Source of the DNA: Desulfobacterales bacterium
GTDB taxonomy: Bacteria > Desulfobacterota > Desulfobacteria > Desulfobacterales > UBA5616
Assembly (NCBI GenBank): GCA_046483495.1
Contig: JAWODC010000064.1
Span: 32,001 to 96,000, forward strand
Direction of reading: 5' to 3'
DNA length: 64,000 nucleotides
The notes below the pieces were generated by a model. It worked only from the letters and a program-made list of their open reading frames with translations. It was not told the DNA's origin and searched no databases. A program made the position numbers and the translations under genes. This document shows, one piece after another, positions 11,184-21,162 of this stretch (within the stretch, counting starts at the first letter, position 1; the number at the start of each line of letters is the position of its first letter).

Positions 11184-11843
11184 TCAGGACGACATCAACG
11201 AATCATAATCATAACCGGGGCCCAGTATTTTGCCAAGCGTTTCATTTATCGCATGATCATCACGATTTTTAATCATTTCGATAAGCCCCGCGTCAACGAG
11301 TTTTTCAAAAAGGGGTTTATTGTGGTGGGAAGCCCGGTTTTCATTCAGGAGTTTTTTCCGTATAGCCCCCATAAGCTCGAGAAACAACCGATGCTCATCG
11401 CCCAATCGTTTTTCCAGGTATTTTTTCAGTTTCCTGGCATATGCCGGACTTTTGCCCGTGGTGGATACCGCAATAACCAAATCGCCTCTTTCAACCAGGG
11501 ATGGCAGAATAAAATCGCACAATTCCGGCTGATCGACAATATTGCACAGTGCACCGGCCTCTTTTGCATCCGCCTGAATCCGCCGGTTCAATGCATTATC
11601 ATTCGTCGCCCCGAAAACCAGAAAAGCACCTGTGACATCGCGCGCCTCGCAGGTGCGATTTTTCCAGGTGATTTTTTTTTGATCGGCAAGCGCATGAAGG
11701 GATTCAGTAATTTCCGGACTGACCACTGTTACCGACGCGCCGCATTCGATAAGGGTCTTTGCCTTCCGGGCGGCAACATCACCGCCGCCGATGACCGTGC
11801 AACACCGCCCGGAAATATCCAGAAAAATGGGATAATATCGCAT
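11184..11843 (-). CDS. Precorrin-2 dehydrogenase / sirohydrochlorin ferrochelatase (SirC/CysG-N family)
   Basis: MRYYPIFLD, GGGDVAARK, CDFILPS and STTGKSP motifs. Confidence 0.92.
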   Translation of the reverse strand: MRYYPIFLDISGRCCTVIGGGDVAARKAKTLIECGASVTVVSPEITESLHALADQKKITWKNRTCEARDVTGAFLVFGATNDNALNRRIQADAKEAGALCNIVDQPELCDFILPSLVERGDLVIAVSTTGKSPAYARKLKKYLEKRLGDEHRLFLELMGAIRKKLLNENRASHHNKPLFEKLVDAGLIEMIKNRDDHAINETLGKILGPGYDYDSLMSS

Positions 11844-11848
11844 ATTTT

Positions 11849-12679
11849 CTATTCCTCGAGTCTTAAGATCATCAGATCCTCGGCCAATACGAGGGGGCCG
11901 GAATACGCCGTTCGACATTCTTTTTCAGCCGTAAGTCTGTCACATTCCGGGTAGAAATGCGTCAAAACGAGTTTCCCGACATTTGCCAGTCGCGCTGTTT
12001 TCCCGGCCAGGCCCGGCGACATGTGGCCTTTCATTTTTCGGTCGGCCGGGGTCGAGGCATCACAAATCAGCAGATCCGCATTTTGAGCCAGGGACACCAG
12101 ATCATCGCAAAAATCCGTATCACCCGAATAGACCATGGATTTACCGCCGGCATCGGTAATTCTGAAGGCAATGCTCTCGGGGTTGTGGCTAACCGGAACG
12201 GTATCCACCAAAAACGAAACGAAATCGATTCGGTCAGGTTCTGAAACACTCATTTCCACACATTTCAGGGGCCATCCATCCGCCTCGGGTTCTATCCAGC
12301 GTCCGTACACGCTTCTCAGCCGGTCGTAAAAATCGGACAAGCCCTTTCCTCCAACGATCGTAACGCCTTTTTTCTGAAAAACCGTGCGTGTGTGTTTATA
12401 TGAAAAAAGAAACGAAGCCAGTTCGCCGGTATGGTCCGGATGAAAATGGCTGATAAACACATGCGAAATATCGAAAATGGTCGCACCGGCGGTCAGCAGT
12501 CGAAAAATAGTGCCCGGTCCGATATCGATCAGCAGCTTCAGTCCCGACACCTCCAAAAGGGCGGCACTGGAGCTTCGCGCAAGAGAAGGAACGCAGGTGC
12601 CCGAACCCAGAATGGTTACCGTGGTCGCTTTGTCGAAAAAGCGGACCTCATCGGGATGAGAATTATTTTTTTCCTGCAT
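11849..12679 (-). CDS. MBL-fold metallohydrolase (RNase Z-like)
   Basis: ILGSGT, SHFHPDH, YSGDT and LTHFY motifs; start approximate. Confidence 0.85.
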   Translation of the reverse strand: MQEKNNSHPDEVRFFDKATTVTILGSGTCVPSLARSSSAALLEVSGLKLLIDIGPGTIFRLLTAGATIFDISHVFISHFHPDHTGELASFLFSYKHTRTVFQKKGVTIVGGKGLSDFYDRLRSVYGRWIEPEADGWPLKCVEMSVSEPDRIDFVSFLVDTVPVSHNPESIAFRITDAGGKSMVYSGDTDFCDDLVSLAQNADLLICDASTPADRKMKGHMSPGLAGKTARLANVGKLVLTHFYPECDRLTAEKECRTAYSGPLVLAEDLMILRLEE

Positions 12680-13652
12680 GGTGCTGTACTTGACGGATAA
12701 TCCAATTTTGCAGCTTGGCGGCATCCTGGTAATCCACCTGTCCGCTCAGGTCTGAAAGCATAATTTCAGCCCTTGCCATGCTTTTATGCCCTCCTGCTGA
12801 GCCGACATGACCGAAGCTTTTTTTTACAATGTTACCGGAATTTTTTCGAATACCATCATTTCTGAATATGACGATCAGCCGATTGGACCATATCCCGGAA
12901 ACGATACTCCAGTTGATATCATTCACCCGCAGAAAGAAATCGGCGATCAGGACGCACGCATCGGGGTTTGAAATGGGCCCTAAGTGAACGAACACCCGTT
13001 TTTTTCGGCGTTTCATGTTTTCGAGGGCCGTTCTGAAATGCTTCAAAAACTCCGCCGGGATTTCGGATTGTTCGATTTTTCGAATAATATAAGGATTCGA
13101 ATGGTGAAACAGGAACTGAAATGCGCGGAGGTCCTCCACAAGCGTCTGACGTTCAAAATTGCTGGTATCCGTTTTAATAGCATAAAAAAGGGCGGTGGCA
13201 AGCTTTGCCGATGGTTTGATTTTAGCGGCGCGCAGGTATTCCGTGAGCATGGTGGCAGTGGCGCCGTAACTGGGGCGAATGTCCTTAAAAGCGGCCTCGG
13301 GCGCGGTGTCCGGATGATGATCGATGATCACATCGAATGTAAACCTCTGAAAATGCACATTGTGGTCCGGCTGGGAATCGACCATAACGAACCGGGCAAA
13401 CCGCTCAGGCTCTATTTGCGAGACATGGGTCAAATTCACGCCCAACAGCCGAAGCATCGTCAGGTTATCCGGGCGCTTGACGATATTGATATTGGATATG
13501 ACCACACCGGCCACTTTTCGCCACAACAGCCGTTTTACCGCCATCGCACACGCAATGGCATCCGGGTCTGCATTAATGAGTATCAATACGTTGTCTTCAC
13601 TGGTAAAATGCGTATAAAAGCGTCTCAGCCGCTCAGATGTCGATATTTTCAC
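12663..13652 (-). CDS. DHH/DHHA1 phosphoesterase
   Basis: DPDA, IIDHH, TDT and AGGH motifs. Confidence 0.88.
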   Translation of the reverse strand: MKISTSERLRRFYTHFTSEDNVLILINADPDAIACAMAVKRLLWRKVAGVVISNINIVKRPDNLTMLRLLGVNLTHVSQIEPERFARFVMVDSQPDHNVHFQRFTFDVIIDHHPDTAPEAAFKDIRPSYGATATMLTEYLRAAKIKPSAKLATALFYAIKTDTSNFERQTLVEDLRAFQFLFHHSNPYIIRKIEQSEIPAEFLKHFRTALENMKRRKKRVFVHLGPISNPDACVLIADFFLRVNDINWSIVSGIWSNRLIVIFRNDGIRKNSGNIVKKSFGHVGSAGGHKSMARAEIMLSDLSGQVDYQDAAKLQNWIIRQVQHHAGKK

Positions 13653-13851
13653 GATGGTCCTTCTTTTGCCAATTATTCCTTTTTTTTAAGTCCATTCTAT
13701 GACGTAAGGTCGTTAATTTCAAACCATTTTTCTCGTCTGCAGCCGTACGAAAAAAGATATGAGCTTTCTCTTGACAGTATAATGATTTTCCTGGTATTCG
13801 GCTGGTTTGGTTTAATCAATTTAGACTTCCCCTAATATAATAGGTGGCTTA

Positions 13852-14121
13852 ATGCCGAAACAAAAAAGAGCACATAGTCGCCAGACCACTAATTGGGCCG
13901 AAGGCCTTACCATTATTATGCAGTTGGGCCTGAACATGGCGGGAAGCATCATTTTTTGTTTTTTCGTTGGATATTATATTGACAAATGGCTTTCGACAAA
14001 AGGGATTTTTACGGTGGTTTTTACTATTCTTGGCGTAATCGGTGGCGGATATACTTCATATCGGCAGATAATGGAATTCTCAGAGAAAAAAAATAATCGA
14101 AAAAACAATGAAATCGGTTAG
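13852..14121 (+). CDS. AtpZ/AtpI-family (ATPase gene1) membrane protein
   Basis: Two TMs with GYYIDKW motif; first gene of the atp Fo operon. Confidence 0.8.
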   Translation: MPKQKRAHSRQTTNWAEGLTIIMQLGLNMAGSIIFCFFVGYYIDKWLSTKGIFTVVFTILGVIGGGYTSYRQIMEFSEKKNNRKNNEIG

Positions 14122-14494
14122 GACGATCCAGAAAAAATACTGTTCAAGAGCCATGATGTTTTCCATTTGCATCAGCTTGGGCTTCATTCTTCTTGGAGAA
14201 AAAGCAATAGGAAAGGGAATTGTTCTTGGAACACTGTTCAGCATCATCAATTTTGTCCTTATCGGGGAAATGCTCCCTGCCCGGTTCGCCAAAGGAAAGA
14301 GAAAAACTTTCTTCATCAGTCTGGGATCGATCTTTTTCAGATACCTTCTGCTGGCGATTCCGATCGTACCTGCAGTCAAATATGACACATTCAACTTGTA
14401 TGCAACGGTCGCCGCACTCTTTTCCGTTCAACTGATGATAATAGCCGAACATATATTAGGGATTCTTCCCTTAAAACGAAAACAACAGGCCTAG
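14108..14494 (+). CDS. atpI: ATP synthase subunit I (c-ring assembly factor)
   Basis: Four-TM 128-aa protein with INF and FRY motifs directly upstream of atpB. Confidence 0.75.
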   Translation: MKSVRTIQKKYCSRAMMFSICISLGFILLGEKAIGKGIVLGTLFSIINFVLIGEMLPARFAKGKRKTFFISLGSIFFRYLLLAIPIVPAVKYDTFNLYATVAALFSVQLMIIAEHILGILPLKRKQQA

Positions 14495-14524
14495 CCGTCA
14501 TATCGATGCACAGGTGGAGTAGTC

Positions 14525-15199
14525 ATGAAAGAATTAGGAAAAATTCACCAATTGATCGTTCCATTCTTCGGACATGACATGGTGTTTAATTTAGAAGTTA
14601 TCCTCATGACGTGGATCGTTATCGCACTGCTTACCGTTTTTGGAATTTTAGCGGTTCGCAAAATGGGAATCATTCCGCATTACATACAGATGGTTGGAGA
14701 GATGTTCGTTTCACAAATGTATGGAATGACCGAAGATTCGCTGGGTAAAGAACTTGCCCGCAAGTACGCACCGATGATTTGCGCTCTATTCATGTTTTTG
14801 CTGTTGTCAAATTGGCTGGGTATCATTCCTCATCTTCATGAACCTACGAAAGATTTGAATACACCATTAGGAATGGGGATCATGGGTTTTTTTGTAGCCC
14901 ACTACGTGGGCATAAAGGAGAAAGGATTCAAGGGATATTTAGGTAATTATTTCGAACCTTTTTTCTTTATGCTGCCATTGAATATCATCGATGCCCTGTC
15001 CAAGGTAATCAGCATTTCCTTCCGTCTCTTCGGCAACATCATGGGAGGCTCTATTATCATTCTGGTGGTTTCTTATCTAACTTACAGTCTTGTTCTGCCG
15101 CCGATCTTGAATGTTTTTTTCGGTCTTTTTGTCGGAACAATCCAGGCATTTGTATTTACCATGCTTACCGTTACATATATTTCATTGCAGGTAAATTAG
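14525..15199 (+). CDS. atpB: ATP synthase Fo subunit a
   Basis: PTKDLN, stator Arg in SISFRLFGN, IQAFVFTML. Confidence 0.95.
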   Translation: MKELGKIHQLIVPFFGHDMVFNLEVILMTWIVIALLTVFGILAVRKMGIIPHYIQMVGEMFVSQMYGMTEDSLGKELARKYAPMICALFMFLLLSNWLGIIPHLHEPTKDLNTPLGMGIMGFFVAHYVGIKEKGFKGYLGNYFEPFFFMLPLNIIDALSKVISISFRLFGNIMGGSIIILVVSYLTYSLVLPPILNVFFGLFVGTIQAFVFTMLTVTYISLQVN

Positions 15200-15202
15200 G
15201 AT

Positions 15203-16177
15203 ATGGCAATCGATATTCAAACTTGGGTTAAGGTGGCAGCATTTGCAGGCGGCGGGCTTGCGATGGGTCTTGGGGCCATAGGAGCGGCTATCGGTGAAGG
15301 ATATACGGCCGCATCCGCCAACGCCGCAATTTCGAGGAATCCTGAAATTTCCGGAGATGTATTCAAATCCATGCTGATGGGACAAGCCATTGCCGAATCC
15401 GCATCGATTTTTGCGCTTGTTATTGCGATGATACTTTTGTTTTCAGATTTTTCGGCAAATTCCTACGTAATGATTAGTGTTTTGCTTGCCGCCGGTTTGT
15501 GCATGGGCCTCGGAGCGGTAGGATCCGGTGTCGGATCGGGATTTCCGGGCGGTGCGGCTTGCGAAGGGATGGCCCGCCAACCCAGTGCATCAGGTCGATT
15601 AACAACGAATATGCTGATTGGATCCGCAGTAGCCCAAACGCCGGCCATTTTCGCTCTGGTGACGGCCTTCATTCTTTTATTCACTGATTTTTCAACCCGA
15701 CCCGTATATCCTACATGGGCCGCCATTTTGGGTGCGGGATTCGCTTCCGGCTTTGGAGCAATCGGATCGGGATTGGGTGGTGGTTTGGTTGCCCAGACAA
15801 GCTGTTTGGGTGTTGCCCGTCAGCCTCTCGCCGCCACTCCGGTAACAAATGTCATGCTGCTGGGCCAAGCCGTAACTCAGACCACGGCAATTTACGGATT
15901 GTTGGTCAGTTTCATTCTTATATTCAAATTTTTCCCGGCAACGCCGGCAATCGCACCCGGCATGGCCCTCTTGGGAGCCGGACTGTGCATGGGGATCGGT
16001 GCTATCGGGTCGGGAGTTGGTGAAGGTCTGGCGGCACGCAGCGCCGTCGACTGGATTTCCAGGAATGAGGAGGCAATCCCGGATATTACGCGAGTAATGT
16101 TGGTAGGCCAGGCAGTGGCGGAATCCACCGGCATCTATTCCCTGGTTGTGGCTTTGGTTTTAATATTTGTAATCTGA
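15203..16177 (+). CDS. atpE: Four-hairpin fused Fo subunit c; hairpins 1 and 4 have Glu, 2 and 3 have Gln
   Basis: Four ~81-aa repeats with Gly-rich inner helix and RNP/RQP/RQP/RNE loops; outer-helix motifs ESASIF (E65), QTPAIF (Q145), QTTAIY (Q226), ESTGIY (E307). Confidence 0.93.
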   Translation: MAIDIQTWVKVAAFAGGGLAMGLGAIGAAIGEGYTAASANAAISRNPEISGDVFKSMLMGQAIAESASIFALVIAMILLFSDFSANSYVMISVLLAAGLCMGLGAVGSGVGSGFPGGAACEGMARQPSASGRLTTNMLIGSAVAQTPAIFALVTAFILLFTDFSTRPVYPTWAAILGAGFASGFGAIGSGLGGGLVAQTSCLGVARQPLAATPVTNVMLLGQAVTQTTAIYGLLVSFILIFKFFPATPAIAPGMALLGAGLCMGIGAIGSGVGEGLAARSAVDWISRNEEAIPDITRVMLVGQAVAESTGIYSLVVALVLIFVI

Positions 16178-16220
16178 CGATGTATTGTTATTTCATCACT
16201 TTTGTTTACAGGAGGATATC

Positions 16221-16469
16221 ATGGCAATCGAAGGAGCGGACATCATTCAATCGGCAGCATTTTTGGGAGCAGGATTGGCGATGGGTCTCGGTGCAATAGG
16301 CCCGGGAGTCGGCGAAGGTATGGCTGCGGCAAAAGCATGTGAAGCCATCGGAAAAAACCCCAAAGAAGCAGGACTGCTGACCCGAACCATGTTGGTGGGT
16401 CAGGCCGTATCCGAGTCAACGGGCATTTATTCCCTCGTAATCGCGTTGTTGCTTTTATTCGTAGTTTAA
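16221..16469 (+). CDS. atpE: Single-hairpin Fo subunit c, Na+-type two-carboxylate motif
   Basis: GGAGG RBS; 82 aa with P28, E32, V63, E65, S66, T67 and Y70. Confidence 0.95.
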   Translation: MAIEGADIIQSAAFLGAGLAMGLGAIGPGVGEGMAAAKACEAIGKNPKEAGLLTRTMLVGQAVSESTGIYSLVIALLLLFVV

Positions 16470-16491
16470 CCACAACATCTGGATCGGTTCC

Positions 16492-16944
16492 ATGGAGATC
16501 ATCAGCAATATTGCACTCATCAGTATCAATGAAACATTGATCATACAGGTGCTTTCCTTTTTGATATTTTTATTGATCATCAATCGTTTGATGTTTCGCC
16601 CGATAATCGAGATGATTTCCCGGCGGGAAACCCATATTGATCATGTAAAAAGAGAAATCGAACAGGCCGAAGTTGAACTGGACCAAATGAACGCCAGGCT
16701 GAAAGAGCAGGAAACTGTCGTCAAGGAAGAGGCCTTCGATCTGAAGAAGGAGCTGGAAGAGGCCGGTGGCCGAAAAGCAAGCGGCATTTACCTGGCGGTC
16801 AAGGAACAAATTACCGCAAACAAAAAAAAGGCGGAAGAGGAAATAAATTTTCAGATCGAAGCGTCCAAGAATCAAATTAAACAAGAGGCCGAGACGGTGT
16901 CCCTATCCATCATCGAACGAATATTGGATCGGAGATTAACCTGA
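16492..16944 (+). CDS. ATP synthase Fo subunit b'
   Basis: N-terminal TM (TLIIQVLSFLIF), FRPI...RR, long charged coiled coil. Confidence 0.88.
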   Translation: MEIISNIALISINETLIIQVLSFLIFLLIINRLMFRPIIEMISRRETHIDHVKREIEQAEVELDQMNARLKEQETVVKEEAFDLKKELEEAGGRKASGIYLAVKEQITANKKKAEEEINFQIEASKNQIKQEAETVSLSIIERILDRRLT

Positions 16945-17537
16945 TGTGCAGGTTCAGAAAAGTACTTAATCGGATCAACTGGCGGCTGCTCTTCGTATGT
17001 ATTTTCTGTTTTGCCGCAAAAGCGCTTGCCCAGGAGGGCGAAAACGATTGGCGTGCCACATATGATATCTTCATGATGTGGATTAATTTTTTTATTTTGG
17101 TAATTTTGTTCATAAAATTCGGCAAAAAACCGATAAAAAATTACCTGAAAGGACAAAAAGAAGAAGTCAGTGATGAGATCACCGGATTGGAGGGGCAGCG
17201 CAATGATATGCTGCGGCGGATTAAGGACATGGGCAAAGAAATGGAGGAAAGCCGGATTCGTTTTCAGGAGATAAAAGAGAAAATCATCAGCCAGGGTGAA
17301 GCGAAAAAACAGCAAATCATTGAAGAGGCCGAACTGCAAAGCAGGGTCATGCTCGAAGATGCCCAGCGACGCATCGAAAACCGTATTTTGAGCGCAAAAA
17401 AAGATGTGCATGCGCAGCTTGTAGATGAGGCCGTGGAATTAGCCTTTCAATCGATCGGACGATATATCACCGATGAAGACAACCGGAAATTTCTTCAGCA
17501 GTTTCTGGATTCAGCGGCCTTCAAGCAGCCGCTTTAA
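16944..17537 (+). CDS. atpF: ATP synthase Fo subunit b
   Basis: Signal-like N-terminus, WINFFIL TM, KKPI, coiled coil. Confidence 0.88.
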   Translation: MCRFRKVLNRINWRLLFVCIFCFAAKALAQEGENDWRATYDIFMMWINFFILVILFIKFGKKPIKNYLKGQKEEVSDEITGLEGQRNDMLRRIKDMGKEMEESRIRFQEIKEKIISQGEAKKQQIIEEAELQSRVMLEDAQRRIENRILSAKKDVHAQLVDEAVELAFQSIGRYITDEDNRKFLQQFLDSAAFKQPL

Positions 17538-17601
17538 CGGTTTCAAACTCATACCAACCCCGATATCGGCGTTGAGGCTGAAGAATTAAATTGTATTCAT
17601 C

Positions 17602-17630
17602 AGGGGTGAAGCATCAGCTTTACCCCTTTT
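17602..17630 (+). terminator. Intrinsic terminator closing the Fo operon
   Basis: AGGGGTGAAGC-ATCA-GCTTTACCCCT hairpin followed by T-rich tail, between convergent atpF and clpB. Confidence 0.75.
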
Positions 17631-17638
17631 GTTCGCTT

Positions 17639-20221
17639 TTACAGGCTGGAAAAAGAAATGCCTCCGGTTTCATTGACGTCGGCCAAAATCCGGTCGCCTT
17701 CCTTTATCCTGCCTTTTAAAATCTCCATGGACAGGGGGTTTTCAATATATTTTTGAATAGCCCTCTTCAAGGGCCGGGCCCCATAAACCGGATCAAACCC
17801 CTTTTCGGCCAAAAATTGCTCGGCCTCATCGGTCAGTTCCAGAGAAAGGTTCTGTTCGGAGATCCGTTCGGCAAGACGCCTCATCTGAATCTCAACGATA
17901 TCCACGATTTGTTCCCGTGTCAGGTTTTCGAAAATGATGATTTCATCGATTCTGTTTAAGAACTCGGGCTTGAATCCCATGCGGAGCGCTTCCAATACCC
18001 GTTTTTCCATTTCGTTCCGGTTGGCGCTCAGCTCCTGTATCCACTGGCTTCCCACATTCGATGTCATGATAATGATCGTGTTTTTGAAATCTACGGTTCT
18101 GCCGTGTCCATCGGTCATCCGGCCGTCATCCAATATCTGCAATAATACATTGAATACTTCCGGATGTGCTTTTTCAATTTCATCGAACAAAACAACCGAA
18201 TACGGGCGGCGCCGAACCGCCTCTGTCAAATACCCGCCTTCTTCGTATCCGACATACCCCGGGGGGGCGCCGATAAGCCGAGCCACGGCATGTTTTTCCA
18301 TGTATTCGGACATATCCACGCGGATGATGGCCTGGTCGCTGTCGAAAATAAATTCGGCAAGGGATTTGGCCAACTCCGTTTTTCCAACACCTGTCGGGCC
18401 CAAAAAAATAAATGACCCGATCGGACGGTTGGGGTCCTGCAGCCCGGACCGGGCTCGCCGCACGGCATTGGATACGGCCGATATGGCCTGGCGCTGACCG
18501 ATAACCCGTCGGCCGATACGATCTTCCATCTGCACCAGCTTCTCCCGCTCTCCTTCCATCATCTTGCTCACCGGTATACCCGTCCACCTGGAGATCACCT
18601 CGGCGATATCCTCGGCATCCACTTCCTCTTTCAGCATTTTTTTATCCGTCTGAAGGTTCAAGAGCTTTGTGTTCGCTTCATCGAGCTGCTTTTGGAGTTC
18701 GGCGGTCCTGCCGTACCGGAGTTCGGCGACTTTTGCGAGATCTCCCTCCCGTTCGGCCTGCTGCTCTTCGGTTTTAAGCCGTTCGATCTGCTCTTTTATG
18801 GAACGAATGGTCTGAATCGTTTCCTTTTCGCTTTGCCAGTGCATTTTCATGGCTCGAATTTCTTCGTTCATGGACTCGAGATCCCGCTCGATTTTGGCCA
18901 GCCTTTCCTTGGATGCAGGGTCGGTTTCCTTTTTCAACGCCTCCTTTTCGATTTCGGTTTGAAGGATTTTCCGCTGCACTTCGTCAATTTCGGTGGGCAT
19001 GCTGTCGATTTCGATACGCAGCTTGGATGCACACTCGTCGATCAGGTCGATCGCCTTGTCCGGCAGAAAACGATCCGAAATATACCGATCGGAAAGAGAA
19101 GCGGCCGAGAGAATGGCTGAATCTTTAATACGAACGCCGTGATGGACTTCATACTTCTCCTTCAATCCCCGTAAAATGGAAATGGTATCTTCCACCGTCG
19201 GTTCGGACACCAATACCGGTTGGAATCGCCGCTCCAATGCTGCATCCTTCTCGATATACTTCCGGTATTCGTTCAACGTTGTGGCCCCGACACACCGAAG
19301 TGTTCCTCGCGCCAGCGCCGGCTTGAGCATGTTGGAAGCATCCACGGCGCCCTCGGCCGCACCGGCACCCACGAGGGTGTGCAGCTCGTCAATAAACAAT
19401 ATGACTTCACCTTCGGCGGCCTCCACTTCCTTGAGCACCGCCTTGAGCCGGTCTTCAAATTCACCGCGGTATTTGGCTCCGGCTATCAGGGCGCCCATAT
19501 CCAGGGCGACAAGCCTTCTGTTTTTCAGGGTCTCGGATACGTCGCCGGACACGATTCGCTGGGCCAATCCCTCTACAATGGCCGTTTTGCCGACGCCGGG
19601 TTCACCGATCAAAACGGGATTATTCTTGGTCCTTCTCGAGAGCACCTGTACGATTCGCCGGATTTCCTCATCCCTGCCGATCACCGGATCGAGTTTTCCC
19701 ATTCGTGCCAAGTCCGTCAAATTTCGGCTGTACTTGTCCAATGCCTGATACTTTTCTTCCGGGTTCGGGTCGGTTATGCGCTGAGATCCGCGAATGCTCA
19801 TTAAAACCTTTAACACGGAATCCCGGACAACGCCGTACCGCGCCAAAATACTTGCGGCGTCACCGGATTTTTCGTCGATAATGGCCAGCAGAATATGCTC
19901 GATACTGACATATTCATCCTTCATCTTACCGGCTTCGGCAAACGCCGCCTCCAAGACGGACTTTGTGCGGGACGAAAGATACACCTCTCCGGCGCCGCTG
20001 ATTTTGGGCAGTTTATCGATAGCCATGGCAATCTCCTGGACCACGGCATCCGGAGAAACCCCTACTTTGCGGAACACGGTCCGCGTCATGCCCTCCGGTT
20101 CACTCAACATGGCACTGAGAAGATGTTCAGGCTCGATCTGCTGATTGCTGTGACGCGTCGCCAGAGATTGGGCGTTTTGAATCAATTCCTGGGATTTTAT
20201 AGTAAATTTATCGAATCTCAT
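17639..20221 (-). CDS. clpB: Chaperone ClpB
   Basis: Two AAA+ modules ([16 protein letters not shown]), coiled-coil M domain, AGGAGG RBS before MRFDKFT. Confidence 0.97.
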   Translation of the reverse strand: MRFDKFTIKSQELIQNAQSLATRHSNQQIEPEHLLSAMLSEPEGMTRTVFRKVGVSPDAVVQEIAMAIDKLPKISGAGEVYLSSRTKSVLEAAFAEAGKMKDEYVSIEHILLAIIDEKSGDAASILARYGVVRDSVLKVLMSIRGSQRITDPNPEEKYQALDKYSRNLTDLARMGKLDPVIGRDEEIRRIVQVLSRRTKNNPVLIGEPGVGKTAIVEGLAQRIVSGDVSETLKNRRLVALDMGALIAGAKYRGEFEDRLKAVLKEVEAAEGEVILFIDELHTLVGAGAAEGAVDASNMLKPALARGTLRCVGATTLNEYRKYIEKDAALERRFQPVLVSEPTVEDTISILRGLKEKYEVHHGVRIKDSAILSAASLSDRYISDRFLPDKAIDLIDECASKLRIEIDSMPTEIDEVQRKILQTEIEKEALKKETDPASKERLAKIERDLESMNEEIRAMKMHWQSEKETIQTIRSIKEQIERLKTEEQQAEREGDLAKVAELRYGRTAELQKQLDEANTKLLNLQTDKKMLKEEVDAEDIAEVISRWTGIPVSKMMEGEREKLVQMEDRIGRRVIGQRQAISAVSNAVRRARSGLQDPNRPIGSFIFLGPTGVGKTELAKSLAEFIFDSDQAIIRVDMSEYMEKHAVARLIGAPPGYVGYEEGGYLTEAVRRRPYSVVLFDEIEKAHPEVFNVLLQILDDGRMTDGHGRTVDFKNTIIIMTSNVGSQWIQELSANRNEMEKRVLEALRMGFKPEFLNRIDEIIIFENLTREQIVDIVEIQMRRLAERISEQNLSLELTDEAEQFLAEKGFDPVYGARPLKRAIQKYIENPLSMEILKGRIKEGDRILADVNETGGISFSSL

Positions 20222-20259
20222 GATTCTCCTCCTAATGTAGGAAAATACGACAGTCTTTT

Positions 20260-20293
20260 TGCATGAAAGTAAGCATGCACCGTTTTTTGTCAA
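20260..20293 (-). promoter_or_regulatory. Putative sigma70 promoter of clpB overlapped by an inverted repeat
   Basis: Minus strand TTGACA-N16-TACTTT; TGCATG-N8-CATGCA (20260-20279) spans the -10 box. Confidence 0.5.
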
Positions 20294-20335
20294 TATTTAC
20301 AGGAGCTTTTTTTTTAATTAGAACAGTTGCGCCGA

Positions 20336-21052
20336 TCACTCGCGCAAGAAGGCGCTGTTGTCCGTCATGAACTGCTTGTAGATGCGATAATAGTCTGTCT
20401 CTTCATAAGAAACGGGGCGGATGGGGGTATGATCGAAACTGAAAATAACGGAGCCGGGACATGCCAGCAGGATGGGAGAATGAGTGGCAATAATGAACTG
20501 GGCGTGACCGGCCCTGCTCATCGCAATCAGGAGGCGCAAAAGCGCCAGTTGGCTTTTCGGGGACAGGGCGGTTTCCGGTTCGTCCAGAAGATAGATCCCT
20601 TTGATTGTAAAACGTGACCGGAAAAAGGACATCAGGGATTGTCCGTGGGACTGGTTCATGAGGCTTTTGCCTCCGAAGTAGTCAAGAACACCGGGGTCGG
20701 AAGCCGCCCATTCATCCAGCACTTTTGCAAAGCTTCGGAAAACCTGGGAGGAGAATAAACATCCGGGGACACTTCCATGGGTCCATGCCACAGTTATGGC
20801 TTTGTATAAATCCCGTTCAAACGGGCTTTTGTCGAACCGTGTTCGTTTCACCCCCTGCCACGGGTATATCCGGCATTTGTCGGCAATCGCCTCGAGAAGC
20901 GTCGATTTTCCCGTTCCGTTTTCACCGGCAAAGAAAGTGACGGGGCGGTTTAGCATGAGCGTGGTTTTTTGGTGAAAAACGCTCAGGTTGAAGGGATAAT
21001 GAACACGGGTGGGGAACAGGTCAGGATGTATGGTCACATGTGATAAATGCAT
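20336..21052 (-). CDS. ABC/AAA-type ATPase (stand-alone)
   Basis: GENGTGKS, SHGQ signature, LLDEPE, ATHSP. Confidence 0.85.
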   Translation of the reverse strand: MHLSHVTIHPDLFPTRVHYPFNLSVFHQKTTLMLNRPVTFFAGENGTGKSTLLEAIADKCRIYPWQGVKRTRFDKSPFERDLYKAITVAWTHGSVPGCLFSSQVFRSFAKVLDEWAASDPGVLDYFGGKSLMNQSHGQSLMSFFRSRFTIKGIYLLDEPETALSPKSQLALLRLLIAMSRAGHAQFIIATHSPILLACPGSVIFSFDHTPIRPVSYEETDYYRIYKQFMTDNSAFLRE

Positions 21053-21162
21053 AATAGCTTGATGTATTTTTGCCTAAAAACAATTTAAGAAAGCGGATTA
21101 CAATGGTCTTGCAATCGTTTACGAAACGCCCCAGAAAAAAATGCTCTCGCTTTGCCGCATAT

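Noticed and set aside
15203..16177. Assembly artefact producing the c repeats
   Set aside because: The four repeats are strongly diverged at DNA and protein level and stay in frame with linkers
13852..17537. N-ATPase operon
   Set aside because: The c subunits have two Glu, but N-ATPase operons include F1 genes (atpDC...AG) and a single b; neither holds here
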